DNA of 63,056 nucleotides, the filler included, from Atractiella rhizophila (Eukaryota): NCBI GenBank assembly GCA_021432655.1. It is 9 parts of 7 records of this genome, joined end to end, with 100 filler letters (N's around TTAATTAATTAA, not from the genome) between each part and the next. Parts side by side here need not be neighbours in the genome. Positions count along the whole stretch, not along the records: positions 16,705 to 47,237 come from MU271620.1; positions 47,338 to 50,991 come from MU271634.1; 7 more parts are not named here. One strand, written 5' to 3'. The stretch's first letter is position 1, and each line of letters begins with the position of its first letter. The position numbers and the translations under genes are program-made. Positions 38,202 to 50,203 of this stretch are shown here, in pieces. The notes beneath the pieces were generated by a model, which was given only the letters and a program-made list of their open reading frames with translations, was not told the origin of the DNA and did no database searches.

Positions 38202-38255
38202 GGGACGCTCCTCTGCTGCCCTGAAGCAAGAAGAAAGAAGAAAAAGAAGTCCAGA

Positions 38256-38492
38256 ATGAAGTTCTCCCTAGCTTTCCTCGCTGCTCTCGTCGCCCTCGTA
38301 GCCGCCGACCCTCTCCCTTGGTGTGATTGCACGGGAACGAACGTCGCTTGCTGTAGGTCTTTCCTCCTCTGCTTCAACCAGTGAAATAACGATTAACCCG
38401 ATGGCATGCATCGTGCAGCCGGCACTGCTTGTACGAAGGCTCAACTCTCTGCTGGATGCAAAAACGTCCTCGCCGAGAACCCTGGATGTTAA
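38256..38492 (+). CDS. Small secreted cysteine-rich peptide, 56 aa, two exons (not in ORF track)
   Basis: Exons 38256-38352 and 38419-38492; intron GTAGGT..TTAAC..CAG. Protein MKFSLAFLAALVALVAA-DPLPWCDCTGTNVACSGTACTKAQLSAGCKNVLAENPGC*: signal peptide and six Cys. Confidence 0.85.
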
Positions 38493-38890
38493 GTGATGAA
38501 GCAAGGTGGGTGCGATCCGTGTTCACGAATTGTGCTGAAGCTTTTGGGTTCCAGGGTGATGGATGGGATGTCTGCTATGGAGCGATGATTGCTGTAGCTT
38601 TCTAGAACATGGATGAATATGATGTTCGTGGCACGCTCGTAACAGAACTCTCTAGCTGTGGCCACAGAAGAGCTTCTAGCAAGCTCCAAACTCATGACAG
38701 GATCCAATAATTTAAACATGTCAGAACCTGGGAATATAAGTAAGATTTAGAATAATTCAGTTTGATAGGAAGAGGAGTGACGATAACACAAAATACTACA
38801 TTAAAATACAACTCTAGCTAAGAGTACGTCTTCGGAACTGAACCTTTAAGCTCAAGTTCTGCAGCAGAAATCAATAAAGATGCGCTCACC

Positions 38891-40075
38891 TCACCAACGC
38901 CCCTGACCCCACCGTCTTCTGTCCTCCTTCTGTTTCCCCTTTCCCTTTCCATTCGCTTTCTCCCACATCTCATCCGTCCTCCAATTCTCGATCGCCTCCT
39001 CCAACTCGCCTCCCTTCCTCACAAACTCCTCCATCCCCTCCTCCTCCTCCTCATCTCCCTCTTCCATCCTCAACCCCACCTCCCTATTCCTCCTATTCCT
39101 CCACACGAACCTCGCCTCCTTCCTCCTCCCAGCCAGCACCTGTTCCACGTACACCTTGGCAAGGGCGTATTCGGAGACTTTGGTCGCCATTTGGAACCGA
39201 CGGATCAAGAGCCGCGTGCGCTCGACCTCTTCGGAGTGGGTTGGAGAGGGAGAAGCAGATTGGGCGTTGGGAGGGAGGAGGAGGAAGGGTCTGGTGTGGA
39301 GGAGAGCGGGGGTGGTGGAGAGTGTGGAGGGAGGAAGAGAGTTGAAGACGCAGAGGTGGTGACCCTGAATCATTCTACTGAATTGTGGTAAAGAGGGAGA
39401 GAGGAGAAGACGCACGTCTATCCCGTACTTTAGAGCGATGCCTCGCAATGTTTCTTTCGGCTGGATGTAATGCACGGATACTCTGTCCTCCATCCCACTC
39501 TTCTCTCTCTTGTGCAGCTCTGGCTCTCCCGCTAAGTTTCGAGGTTTGAAATCCAAATAGCTGAGGTGCTTCAGGTCCTGATTCACAAGATTTCTATCGT
39601 CTATTGTTGGTGGTGGCGGAGGAGAAGTGGGTGGCGAGGGAGGTAAGCTATACGCTGGTGGATCCGAGAGAGTGATGACATCCGCATCCCATCGCCCTCC
39701 CACTTCATCTCCAACTTCTGTTCGAGCATCTTCATCATCCGAATCCTCTCCAATCACAAAGTCCCCCCTCGCCACCTTCTCGACATCGAGTTCACTCTCA
39801 TCCTCCTCACCCTCGCCGAGACTCCACTTCTCGCGCTCATACTCCTTATCCACCTCGCCGTCGCCCTGTCCGGCGTCCTTGACCACGTCCTGGCACCTGA
39901 CGCAGTAGAAACGCAGCGACTTGACCCGGGAGAGACACCGGTTGCAGATGGGACGGTTGCAGCAGGGCGTCGTGTAGGAGGAGTGGGACGGGTTCTCGTG
40001 CTGGGACTTGGGCGCGGAGGAGCTGGAAGAAGAGGGCAAGATGGTGCTCGAACACGCGAGGCAGAGGGCGTCCAT
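38891..40075 (-). CDS. LysM (CBM50) domain protein with an N-terminal Cys-rich zinc-finger-like region
   Basis: CLAC...PCCNRPICNRC...YCVRC. LysM HYIQPKETLRGIALKYGID/GHHLCVFNSL after removing the in-frame intron 39365-39415. Confidence 0.8.
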   Translation of the reverse strand: MDALCLACSSTILPSSSSSSAPKSQHENPSHSSYTTPCCNRPICNRCLSRVKSLRFYCVRCQDVVKDAGQGDGEVDKEYEREKWSLGEGEEDESELDVEKVARGDFVIGEDSDDEDARTEVGDEVGGRWDADVITLSDPPAYSLPPSPPTSPPPPPTIDDRNLVNQDLKHLSYLDFKPRNLAGEPELHKREKSGMEDRVSVHYIQPKETLRGIALKYGIDVRLLLSPSLPQFSRMIQGHHLCVFNSLPPSTLSTTPALLHTRPFLLLPPNAQSASPSPTHSEEVERTRLLIRRFQMATKVSEYALAKVYVEQVLAGRRKEARFVWRNRRNREVGLRMEEGDEEEEEGMEEFVRKGGELEEAIENWRTDEMWEKANGKGKGKQKEDRRRWGQGRW

Positions 40076-40301
40076 GCTGATGTGTTGACTTGGTTGTGGT
40101 TGGGGGATGACGCTGTTGCCTTCTTGTCGCAGAAAGTCACGTTACCAAAAACAATCTTGCGCGACAACGCGACATGCACAATTCAATTCATTTGGTTGGC
40201 ATTTCAATTTTCAACAGAAGGACATCAGCAAAGCGAAGGATACAATAGTTCAGGGCAACCACATGCCATCCTGAAAGACCATTGTAACACACTTCAAAAC
40301 T

Positions 40302-41595
40302 ATGCCGTGAGCTTCAGTTATCTGATCAACCAAAGAAAGGAGTGGGGTGACACTGTCCCGTTTGCGACAGACAAGTTCCCTCTCATGGTGTCGAGGCGTC
40401 CATCTTGGTCGATGGGAAACCACTGGAGGAATACAAAGTAGAGATTGACGGAAACAAAGCGAAGTGTTACGTCGAGTCCACCAGCGGAAAACAGTTTCAG
40501 GTGCGCGGAGAGGAGGAGTTCAAGTTCTCCACAAACTGAGACTGATGTCTCTTTCTTGGTCGAATAGATCATATATCAACCCATCACTGCAGCCCTCACC
40601 GGTGACTATGACCTACGCGTCAAGTTTGTTCTGGATGGAACCGGCATGGATTCCGTAATTGGTTCGAAACATAAACGAGATGTTTCGAAAGGTCGACGAG
40701 TCACACAGTCATCGAGACAACCATACCTTTTCTCCAATCTCTCCCTTTCGGGTGAGTTCTATGTTCCCCCTGGCTTCGATTTGCCTCACCGCTCATTTGG
40801 ATAGATGAGGATAATGCTTGTTCCTCGGAAAAAGTCATAAAACATGTCCGTTAGATCATTCTTCAACTTCAAATACCTCAGCTCAGGATATTGCATCTGC
40901 CATTTAGCTGGGCTGCATCCAGATCAAGCTCTACCGCGTCATCAAGAAGCGTTACATACCCTATCCCTCCACTCGCCATCAAGCAGAACGAGAGAACAAT
41001 GTGTTTAACGAGAACTCCAAGAAAGCGCGATTGTCTCATCAGACGTGGTGTGTCTCCTCCTCCTTCTTGCAGTGATCTGGAACGCTCATCTATTTCTTGT
41101 TGTTGTGGTTAAGCTTAGGGAAAACTGTGCCAACCAAGAGTGTCCAGCGTTGCGTTGAATACGATGCGGTGGACAAGAGGCACTGGTTCGAGTTTCAATT
41201 CTTTTATCGATCTCGCGGTGCGTCTCCCTTTCTCGACCATCTCATCTTGCAGATACTCACCCCATGTGTTTGGGGATAGTGCTCCTAGAGTTGGAAGGCA
41301 TCATTCCCCCAACCGTCGCCCACGCAGTTGAAGAACTACAGGAAGTGGCTCCTATCCATCAGGTGAAGGGGACCGATTTCATGGATGTTGACGTAAAGAG
41401 GGAAGTGAAGCGTGAAAAGAAAAAGAGGCCATTGGGAAAGGTACGCGCCATTTCTATATCCACCCATGAAAAATTGGGTTATTGTTCCATTGACACTTCC
41501 TCGAACAGGTTCAGGGAGAACCTATTGATTTGGACGATGATGAACCGCCTGTTAAAAGAGTGAAGAAGGAGAAGACAATCATCGTCATCGACTGA
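40302..41595 (+). CDS. Hypothetical protein of a fungal unknown-function family (VDG.PL.EY...CYVE...F.F.YRSR..L...GII pattern)
   Basis: 5-nt first exon ATGCC|GTGAGC. Spliced MPQVPSHGVEASILVDGKPLEEYKVEIDGNKAKCYVESTSGKQFQ ... FEFQFFYRSR / LLELEGIIP ... IDLDDDEPPVKRVKKEKTIIVID*. Confidence 0.7.
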
Positions 41596-41987
41596 ACATC
41601 CTTTCAGACTCATCACTCCGTTAACATTCGTTCACAAGCCAAGGTTCATATACGTTTCATCGTTGTCGGTTGTGTGCTTTGTTTTGTTGTATTTCTTTCG
41701 CATTTGTGCTAACGAACATGAAGCAATATCATCCCCATCACGCACTTCTTCTCAGTCGTATGCCTTAGTGTGCTACTGGACGCAACATGATTCAAAGCGG
41801 GTTGGTACAGAAATTCAGGGTATAGAAGGAAGAAATCTTATCATCATCGTCTTATTCTCAATGGCAATCTGCTTCCTATCATCATATCAATGTTGTGGAA
41901 CAAGGTATCCGTACATTCAGCGTACCTTTTAAGGCTGTATGTATATACAATCCACTCGCTCAAGGCGACACCAATTCACGTCCGGCC

Positions 41988-44049
41988 TCAAAGGTCTCCA
42001 TTACCCACTCCCCTCCCTCTCTCCCATCTCCCCCTCTTCACCCTCGCGCTCTTCTCTTCCTCTCCAACAGCATTCACGAACTTGAATACTCTTACACCAT
42101 GCCCTTCGACCTCTGCTTCTAAGGTGTTCGTCACATTCCCGATCGAGGTTGCGTTCGCCCAGAGGTCATATACCTTGATTCAGTTACCAGATGTCAGTGG
42201 ACATGGTCATGACATAGCAGTAGGTAGGACGAACAGCAAATGTGTCCGAGGCGTCACTGCCTAAGAAATCGGGGAACGGAGCTGATTTTAATCATGACGG
42301 CTCAGTTTCTCATCACGATCACGAATTGACGAGAACCGACCACTGATGGTTGTGCTTTCAGTCCCACTATTCAATAACGCGACGACATAGCTCCTATTCG
42401 GTCGCTTAGTATCTACTAAAGTCCGTAATGAAAGGAAGGGGGACAGACGAATTAACCAGACTTCCAACCCAGAGCTCTTGAGCTCCCCTCCTCCACACCC
42501 TCCTCGCAGGAGAGCCTTGGGGATCCTGGTTGACTGCTATGATGTGCTTGTTGGATATGATGTCTAGGTCTTCCTGTGATCTAGTGACAACGTATGAGTG
42601 GTCGCATTTATCAGTGTCTCAATCTCAATCAGATGAGGGAGAAGGAGAAGGAGAAGAGGAGAACGAACATAGCGGTGATGTCGTTTCCAAGGATGAGAGG
42701 GGACTTGACGAGCGCCCACATGCTGAAATGGGTGATGTATTCGGTACGCGTCATTCCGCCATTTCCAACTTCGAGCATGTCCTATCCATCCGTGAGTTAG
42801 AGGCTCCACGAGGCAGGGAGGAGACGGACAAGATCGTTCCATCCTCCAGGTCCGGCTTTCTGACCCAGCGGTGATGCCTTGTTGAGAATGTTCATCACTG
42901 CCATTTCAAACTTCTATGAGCCGACGAGCACAGAAGTAGCAGAAGGAAGAGGCGAACTGGAACAGTGGAAACCTGGGAGCCAACAGCTGGTCTCGTTGTA
43001 ACCGCAAGGACAGCGCTCGTCAGGCGTATCGAAGTTGTCGTATATCTATATATGACCGCTTCAACGTTTGGAACTAACGAGCAGGGAAGGACGAACGTCT
43101 CCTGACATCCTCCACGAGTTTGCCGTCGTGGGTCCCCACATCCAAACTTGATCTTCTCCCTGCACCGCGTTCCATTAATGCTACGACTCGGAGAAAGCAA
43201 TAGAAGAGAGGAAGAAGGGGACGGGACTCACCCAGTTGCACAACGAGTAGAATATCTCCCTCCCCGTCGCGTTTAACGCCTTCGCCATCTTCTCATATCG
43301 GGCATTAGTAACGTATGGGGAGCCAGATTGTCCGGCGTTATAACAGTTGTCATACTTCAAGTAGCTATTCCATACCCAAGTCAATGAAGCGAAAGAATCG
43401 AAGAGAAAGGGCAGACTCGATCCCCCACTCGGCATACGACTCAGCGTCCTCTTTCTCGTAGCCCAACGAGCCTTCGCGTCTTCCACACGTGAAGACTGTG
43501 CATCCCGTCATGATCTCGTTAGTCGGAATGGAAATGGAATGGTGATGGCTAGAAAACACTGACTTCCTGCGGACGAATAGATGCCCACCTTGAATCCCAA
43601 GCCGTGCAACTCGTCAGCGATGTGTTTGATGCCCTGAGGAAAGCGTGAGGAGTCGGCGCTGATCTTTCGCGTCTTGGGATCCCGGGTGCCTTGCCAGCAG
43701 TCGTCGATGTTGACGTCTATCCATTCAGCCAAGTCAGATGTACTCTCATTGACCACGAAGGTGTTCAGAAGATCAGGAGGCATGGAACCTACAAGTGTAC
43801 CCCAGATCCTGCAGTCCCAACTTCTTGATTTCCTTTGCCGTCTCGAGGATGAGCTCGTCTGATATATCGCATCCAAACTTATTCCCTGCGATACTCTTCA
43901 GACACAGACAGACTGGGGAAGCATGGATGGAGGAAGGAGGACGAACAAGTGTTCCATCCCATTTGGGGTGTCTTTCCCAGCGAGTTATATATTGACCCAT
44001 GAACCAAACCAGCTGAGAGGAGCAGCAAACAGAGTGAGAGTCGTGGCAT
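41988..44049 (-). CDS. Secreted alpha-galactosidase (GH27)
   Basis: Signal peptide [87 protein letters not shown]. Confidence 0.94.
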
Positions 44050-44426
44050 TTCGCTAAGTACGAGCAAAGCAGAGTTGATTGATGTTATGGGTGCTCCAGA
44101 CGAGGAAGAGGCAAGAAGGCTTAATATATCAAGGCAGCGGAAGACGGGCCACTAGCGCTGCTTGGACAGATGGGGTGACGCTGCGTTAATGATTTTGCGC
44201 GTTCAACTTGAAATGAGTGGAGAATAGTCGCTGGTCTCGGTTAAGCCATGCTCGGGAAGCGGGTGGGGTCAGCTTTGGTTCTCCTTTCAATTTCTAGATG
44301 GTAAATGCGGCACCATCACGTCATCACAATCTTACGGGTGCATGTTGTTCAAGCATATTGTAAGCTAGGATGGTTTCTGGAGAGCTCACCCTTATTTTGT
44401 GCTAGCATAGTCAGTGAAACAGTGAA

Positions 44427-45664
44427 ATGGCACGACAGAGCATTCCAGAAGGAGGCTTCGCCCTCGCCGTCTTGGACGATTACCAAAACCTATCGCTGTC
44501 GCTCTCTCCCGCTCTCGCTTCGCTCCTCTCGCACCAATCCATCAACAAAAGCAGATCTAAAGTATTCACATCCCAGCTCTCTTCCCCAATCGAGGACCTC
44601 CAGCCGTTCCACATAATCCTCTCCATGCGCGAGCGCACCCCGTTCAGGCGAGAGATGGTCCACAAGTTGCCCAACCTCAGGCTGATGGTCACCACCGGCA
44701 GGAGGAATGCGGCCCTCGATTTGGAGGCGTTTGAGGATAGAGGCATCCCTGTGCTAGGATGTGAGGGTGGAGGAGAACCGACAGTGGAGATGATTTGGGC
44801 ACTGATCATGGCTGGGATGCGGTGCATCTCTCTCGTATCTGGTGTGCAAAGACAATGATTTGATATGCATGATTATAGAAATATCGCGCGAGAAGATAGG
44901 ACCATGCGCTCCTCCCCGGCTGCTTGGACCACACAGGGATTGATGGGGAGAGAGCTGAGGGGAGCAACAATTGGGCTTGTTGGGTACGGGAGACTGGGGC
45001 AAGCCACTGCTCGGTCCGTCTCTCCTCCTCTCTCAGTGTCCTCACAAGCTGAATGGTACAGGCTGCACAAAGTCTCGCCTCCGTCTTCGGGATGAACATC
45101 CTCGTCTGGTCCCCCAACCTGACTGCCGACAAACTATCAACGCTCCCCTCCAATACCAACACATCCCTCGCTCCATCCCTTCCATCGCTTCTCTCCTCCT
45201 CAGATATCGTCTCACTTCATCTCGTCCTTTCCTCCTCCACCAGACACATATTTTCGACCGCGGAATTCAAGTCCATGAAGAAGGACGCGCTGTTCGTCAA
45301 TACCTCCCGTGGTGGATTGGTCGATACGACTGCGCTGCTGCAGTGGCTCAAAGAGGAGGAGGTGACAAAGGAAGGAGGACGAGCCGTGTTGGATGTTTAT
45401 GAGAGCGAACCGCTGGGAGAGGAGTGGGCAGAACTCAGATCGTTGGAAAACATAACGCTGAGTCCACACGTATGTCTCCTCAGATCCCTCCTGTGCTGTT
45501 TTGGACCTTGAGATGTGGCATTGGGACAGATGGCATACGTTACGGAGGAGAATATGAAGGCTTTCTACGATGCGCAGGCGAAGAATGTGACGACTTGGTT
45601 GGACGGTGGACCGTGGGAAGAGGAGATGATTACGACTCGAAAGAGTGGGTATGAGAAACGGTGA
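44427..45664 (+). CDS. D-isomer-specific 2-hydroxyacid dehydrogenase
   Basis: AVLDDYQ, MRERTPF, TTGRRNAALD, Rossmann GLVGYGRLG, SLHLVLS, FVNTSRGGLVD, LDVYESEPL, LSPH. Confidence 0.92.
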
Positions 45665-47708
45665 GCGTGTGAAGTGGAAAGGGAGAGGACACTCAAACGG
45701 ATTGTATTGTACACTAACAGGCTCATCGAATGTATGTGTATACTTGCCATGCTATTTGACCACGATAGCAGACAGTGGCAGTGAATGACTACAACGAGAA
45801 AATGAAGCTGTACAAGGATAATGATGGATTTCTGTAAATTTACGAGCATGAACCTGAAGAACTGCAACAATCAGAATATTAAACGAAGAGGATCCTGTAC
45901 ATGCATAAGAGGAATGGGAGGAAAGAACCATGGTGAAAATACAAAAGCAAGTCGCGCTAAAACATAAAGACCTAATTGCAGTGCAACCTTTTTAGCCATA
46001 ACGAAATGATGCGTTGGCAATGCACCTAGGAAATGTCCGTGTTTGAACCTAGTTGGTGACGTCGTAGAGCAGCAATTGGGGTAGACCCTCCTAACATGCT
46101 TGAGCCACCAATACAGGTAAAATATGTCACATCTGTCTCTTGCCCCTTCCCGCCGCTCAGTGATCCTATCGAGTATGCTAGAGTCGGAACTCATCGGACA
46201 ATGGCCATGCTTGCTTCGGGTGGATAGCAAGCTCGATGGATACCTATACAGTATTTTTCTCGTCGGAGTGACGATGACGACGAACCGAAAGATTGGTGGG
46301 TGCTTGGGAAAGCTCCACACGGCCGCCCCCTTGGGGATCAAGGGATTGTGTCTTGCGTTCGAAAAAACAAAGATGCATGCGAAGATGAGTAGAGTGGTGG
46401 GAGATGATCACGATACGGAAGGGCAGATATGAGAAGCGTTGAGGGTGGGAAGCGGAAAGAACGTAAATGGTCCGTCCTTTCCGCGTCATTACCTTTTTGT
46501 ATTTTCAATGTTATGCTTGTTGATCAAACTGGAACTTGAAGATTATTGTCTCATGCGTAAAAACGCCGTCAATCTAGCTGTACATGTAATGATCAACTCA
46601 GGGTCTCACTCTGTACTTTCTGAGATACCTAAACATCTTGTGTCAATCAGTTCATGTTTCTTCGCTGGAGCATAGTCCCATTGTTCCTATTCAATCCTTT
46701 CGTTTCTTCTCCTTATTCCGCTTCCACCCAGGTCCGCGTCAATCGACACCAATTATGCATCATGATTGATGACTGTCAAGGTCAGTTCGCCCACACTCTC
46801 TGAATTATCCATCTGAATTCGAATTGATGGCAACGTTGTTTCCATTCTTTGGTGTAATGCGGCACTTGTCAAAGTGTCAAAGTTTGTTTTCTGTGTTTGT
46901 TCGCTCGTGTACAAAGGATGTCCCCCTTCTTTGTCGCCACAAAGTTAAAGCTGAAGGGCTTCACGCGCCTTTTCTGCCCCTCCTACATTCCGCCACCGCC
47001 CCATTAGTTGAATCGACGATCCAAATGAGCTCGACAAATCTTCACCAAAGGAGACCTAGCATCCCATCCCTTACCTCACATTCTGATGTGTTAAAAGAAC
47101 TGCATCAGTGTATGAAGATCTTACCGGTTGCTGTCCAGCACATTGAAGCTATGCTTCAATCTCTAGCTCCTCCTCCTACTTTGAACTGCTTATACCAAAT
47201 TCACCTCTATCTTTCTCTCCTGTACGATGTCCTGCAGNNNNNNNNNNNNNNNNNNNNNNNNNNNNNNNNNNNNNNNNNNNNTTAATTAATTAANNNNNNN
47301 NNNNNNNNNNNNNNNNNNNNNNNNNNNNNNNNNNNNNCATTGCGTTAGAAGGATGTGACAGAGCTCTGGGTAGATGGGATGGCGGTCATCATTCGTGAAG
47401 AGGAGGAAGAGTTTGGAAGGTCCACTCTCTGTGGTTTTTGCTGACCCTATCGCCATCTTGGTTCGATAAATGCACATTCCTAGGATGTTGACAGCAATTT
47501 GTCGGTTTCGAAGAGTTCTTATATGCCAGAAGCTTTGGGTTTGGAAATCCGAATGTTTGGAGATGAGAGAATGAGTCGCTGCAAGATAAAGTTACAACAC
47601 CCAGCCTCTGACTCACCAGGCGTGTTCCACCGCAGCGTCATCGGACGTCGAGGTCATAAAGACCTTGCTGCTTTTCCTGTCACGGTTTTCGCTCTCAGCA
47701 GCTCTCCA

Positions 47709-50203
47709 ATGATTTACCATGTACGCGATGTCCCAGAGTCCGATGGTGGAGGTGGTTCTGGGGAGCACTTACCGCCTCTCATCTTGACGCTTTCGACATT
47801 CTCCTCTCTATTTGCGACAATTCTAAGCATATATACAATATGGCTACAGCTCAAGAATTATAGAAAAGTGATGCTTCAGCGGTTTGTTGTGCGGATATTG
47901 GTTATGTAAGTCCTGTTTTGAGACAGAGGAACAGGTTATAACTGGTCGTGTGCTGGGCAAAGGGTGCCGATCTACGCGTTATCGAGTCTCATTTCGCTTT
48001 ATTCGCTCGATATCGCTTTCTACCTGGACGCAATACGAGACGTCTACGAAGCCTTCGTTATATATTGTTTCTTCACACTCCTCGTCGAGTATTTAGGCGG
48101 TGAACGATCCCTTCTTCTCCTCCTCCATTCAAGACCTCCAATACGTCATCCGTGGCCTATATCCATCTGTTTACCACCAATGGACGCTTCCGATCCATAC
48201 ACCTTTCTAGCTTTGAAGAGAGGTATACTGCAATATGTCCACCTCAAGCCAGTACTCGCAGCCGTCACAATGATTCTCAAGGCTACAGGCACTTATCAGG
48301 ATGGAAACTTTACGGCGAACAGCGGATACACCTATGTATCTATCGTGTACAATTTCAGGTGAATTCAGCTTCATCTCCATATTCTATTACTGTAGCTAAT
48401 TCGCCTACAGCGTTTGCTTGAGTTTGTACTGCCTGGGAATGTTCTGGGCAGCCACCAATTCCGATTTGCGACCCTTCCGGTAAGCTGATCTATCCGTACA
48501 AGCTGGAGATTACTAACTGTGCGCTAGGCCTGTGCCAAAGTTCCTCTGTGTCAAAGGAATTATTTTCTTCTCTTTCTGGCAAGGGTTGTTCATCTCCCTT
48601 CTCGTTGCGGCAGGAATTGTGACTTCCCGTACGTCACTGTCTCTTCCCGCTCGTCACACAGACATTAATATACGCGACAGCCAATCACACTTCTGAGACG
48701 CTAGGTCTCGCAGCAACAGACACACTGATGTGCTTCGAAATGCCTTTCTTTGCCGTTCTCCACCTCTACGCCTTCTCCCATACAGACTACATCCCTCAAA
48801 ACGCCCTTTATTCCGGCCGGCTCCCCTTCTCCTTTGCTCTTCGTGACTCGCTCCTCGGATACAAAGACGTGCTAAACGACTCGATCACAGCACTCAAAGG
48901 TACAGGGTTCTCCTATCGTACATTTGAACCTGTCGAAGGCGGCGTTCACGTTGGACCCGGGCGAGAGAGGCGAATCAGAGCGGGACTGAGATATGCTGAG
49001 GGAGGGACGAAGAAATATTGGATGCCCATGCCTGGTGGAGGGGACGGAGTCGGAACATCGAAAAGAAGATGGCTATCAAAAGTTATTGGGCGGCCAGTAA
49101 CGGGGCTGACGGATACGATGGCGGAGCGAGAGCGCCAGAGGGGAGGCTACGCCCCTCTAAGTCAAGAACAGGAGCAAGAGGTCTGGCATCGAGATCCGAA
49201 TGATAGACGGAGGAGGGTGGGAGAAGGCATGAATGGGATCACGACTGATTTGGTGGGCGATTTGGATGAGAGGGAGAGGGACAGCGATGAGGAAACTGAA
49301 GAGAGCCTGGAATTTGAAGGTGTGGATGAGGAGGAAGAAGAGACCTATAGGAGTTCGAGAGCTCTTGAGTGTGTTGTTCAGTTTGACTGCTTGCAAGAGT
49401 GTACATTGATGCGTGGATGGACAGGTTTGGAGATTACAATTACCCATGCGTTGATGCGTCGAAGGAAGAGGCACGTCGAAAGATGTTTGAAGACGAGGAG
49501 CGTGCGATATATGGCGAACAAATCGGCTCTTCTCGCATGCCTCAAGAATCCTTCGCTCCTTCCTGGCTCAGTAAAGATCATCGATTACGGAAAGATGTCA
49601 ACAACGGGAAGCGAGAAAATTCCTCTTATGGTCGTTTGGCGGACGCTTCGAGCGTTGAAGAAGTCGAAACGGAACCGGGCAAGTTTGTGATCGATGAAGA
49701 GGTTGAGGCAGACCTAGATGACGCAACCAAACCAAAGAAGGACAAGGCGGAGGATGAACTACCGGAGGACTGCGTTGACATTTTGGTGGAGGACCAAGAA
49801 GCTGAGGACGATGAGATGGTTCGAGAACGTCTAAAAGGAGAGCCAACATTCCGATCAAGAAAGAAGATTTTCAGACGCAAGTATATCCCAGACTTCTCAC
49901 CCTCCAACTCTCCATCGACTTCTGTTCCAGGGACGCCAGATGATATTGCGGATCGACGCGGCAGTGGTGGTGACAGCATCAGAGAAGGACAGCGTCCAAG
50001 CCATTCCCTCCTCCCAGCTAAGTTGACGGACCCCAAGGATGCGACAAAAGCTGAAGAAGTGGTTGTGGAAGATCCAAATTCAGAGGAGAGGAAAGGGAAA
50101 AGATGTCTTGGCGCAAGGAGACAAACTGACGAGGGAAGTTGAGCGTCCGGAATGGACAAAGGTAGTCACCCCGGAGGATGACACGGACAATCCATGGCGA
50201 TGA
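47709..50203 (+). CDS. TMEM184/DUF300 (Ost-alpha-like) membrane protein
   Basis: QLKNYRKVMLQRFVVRILVM/VPIYA, DAIRDVYEAFVIYCFF, LKRGILQYV, PKFLCVKGIIFFSFWQG, CFEMPFFAVLHLYAFS. The stop is at 50142 as assembled, or at 50203 if a 1-nt indel near 50100 is corrected. Confidence 0.92.
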
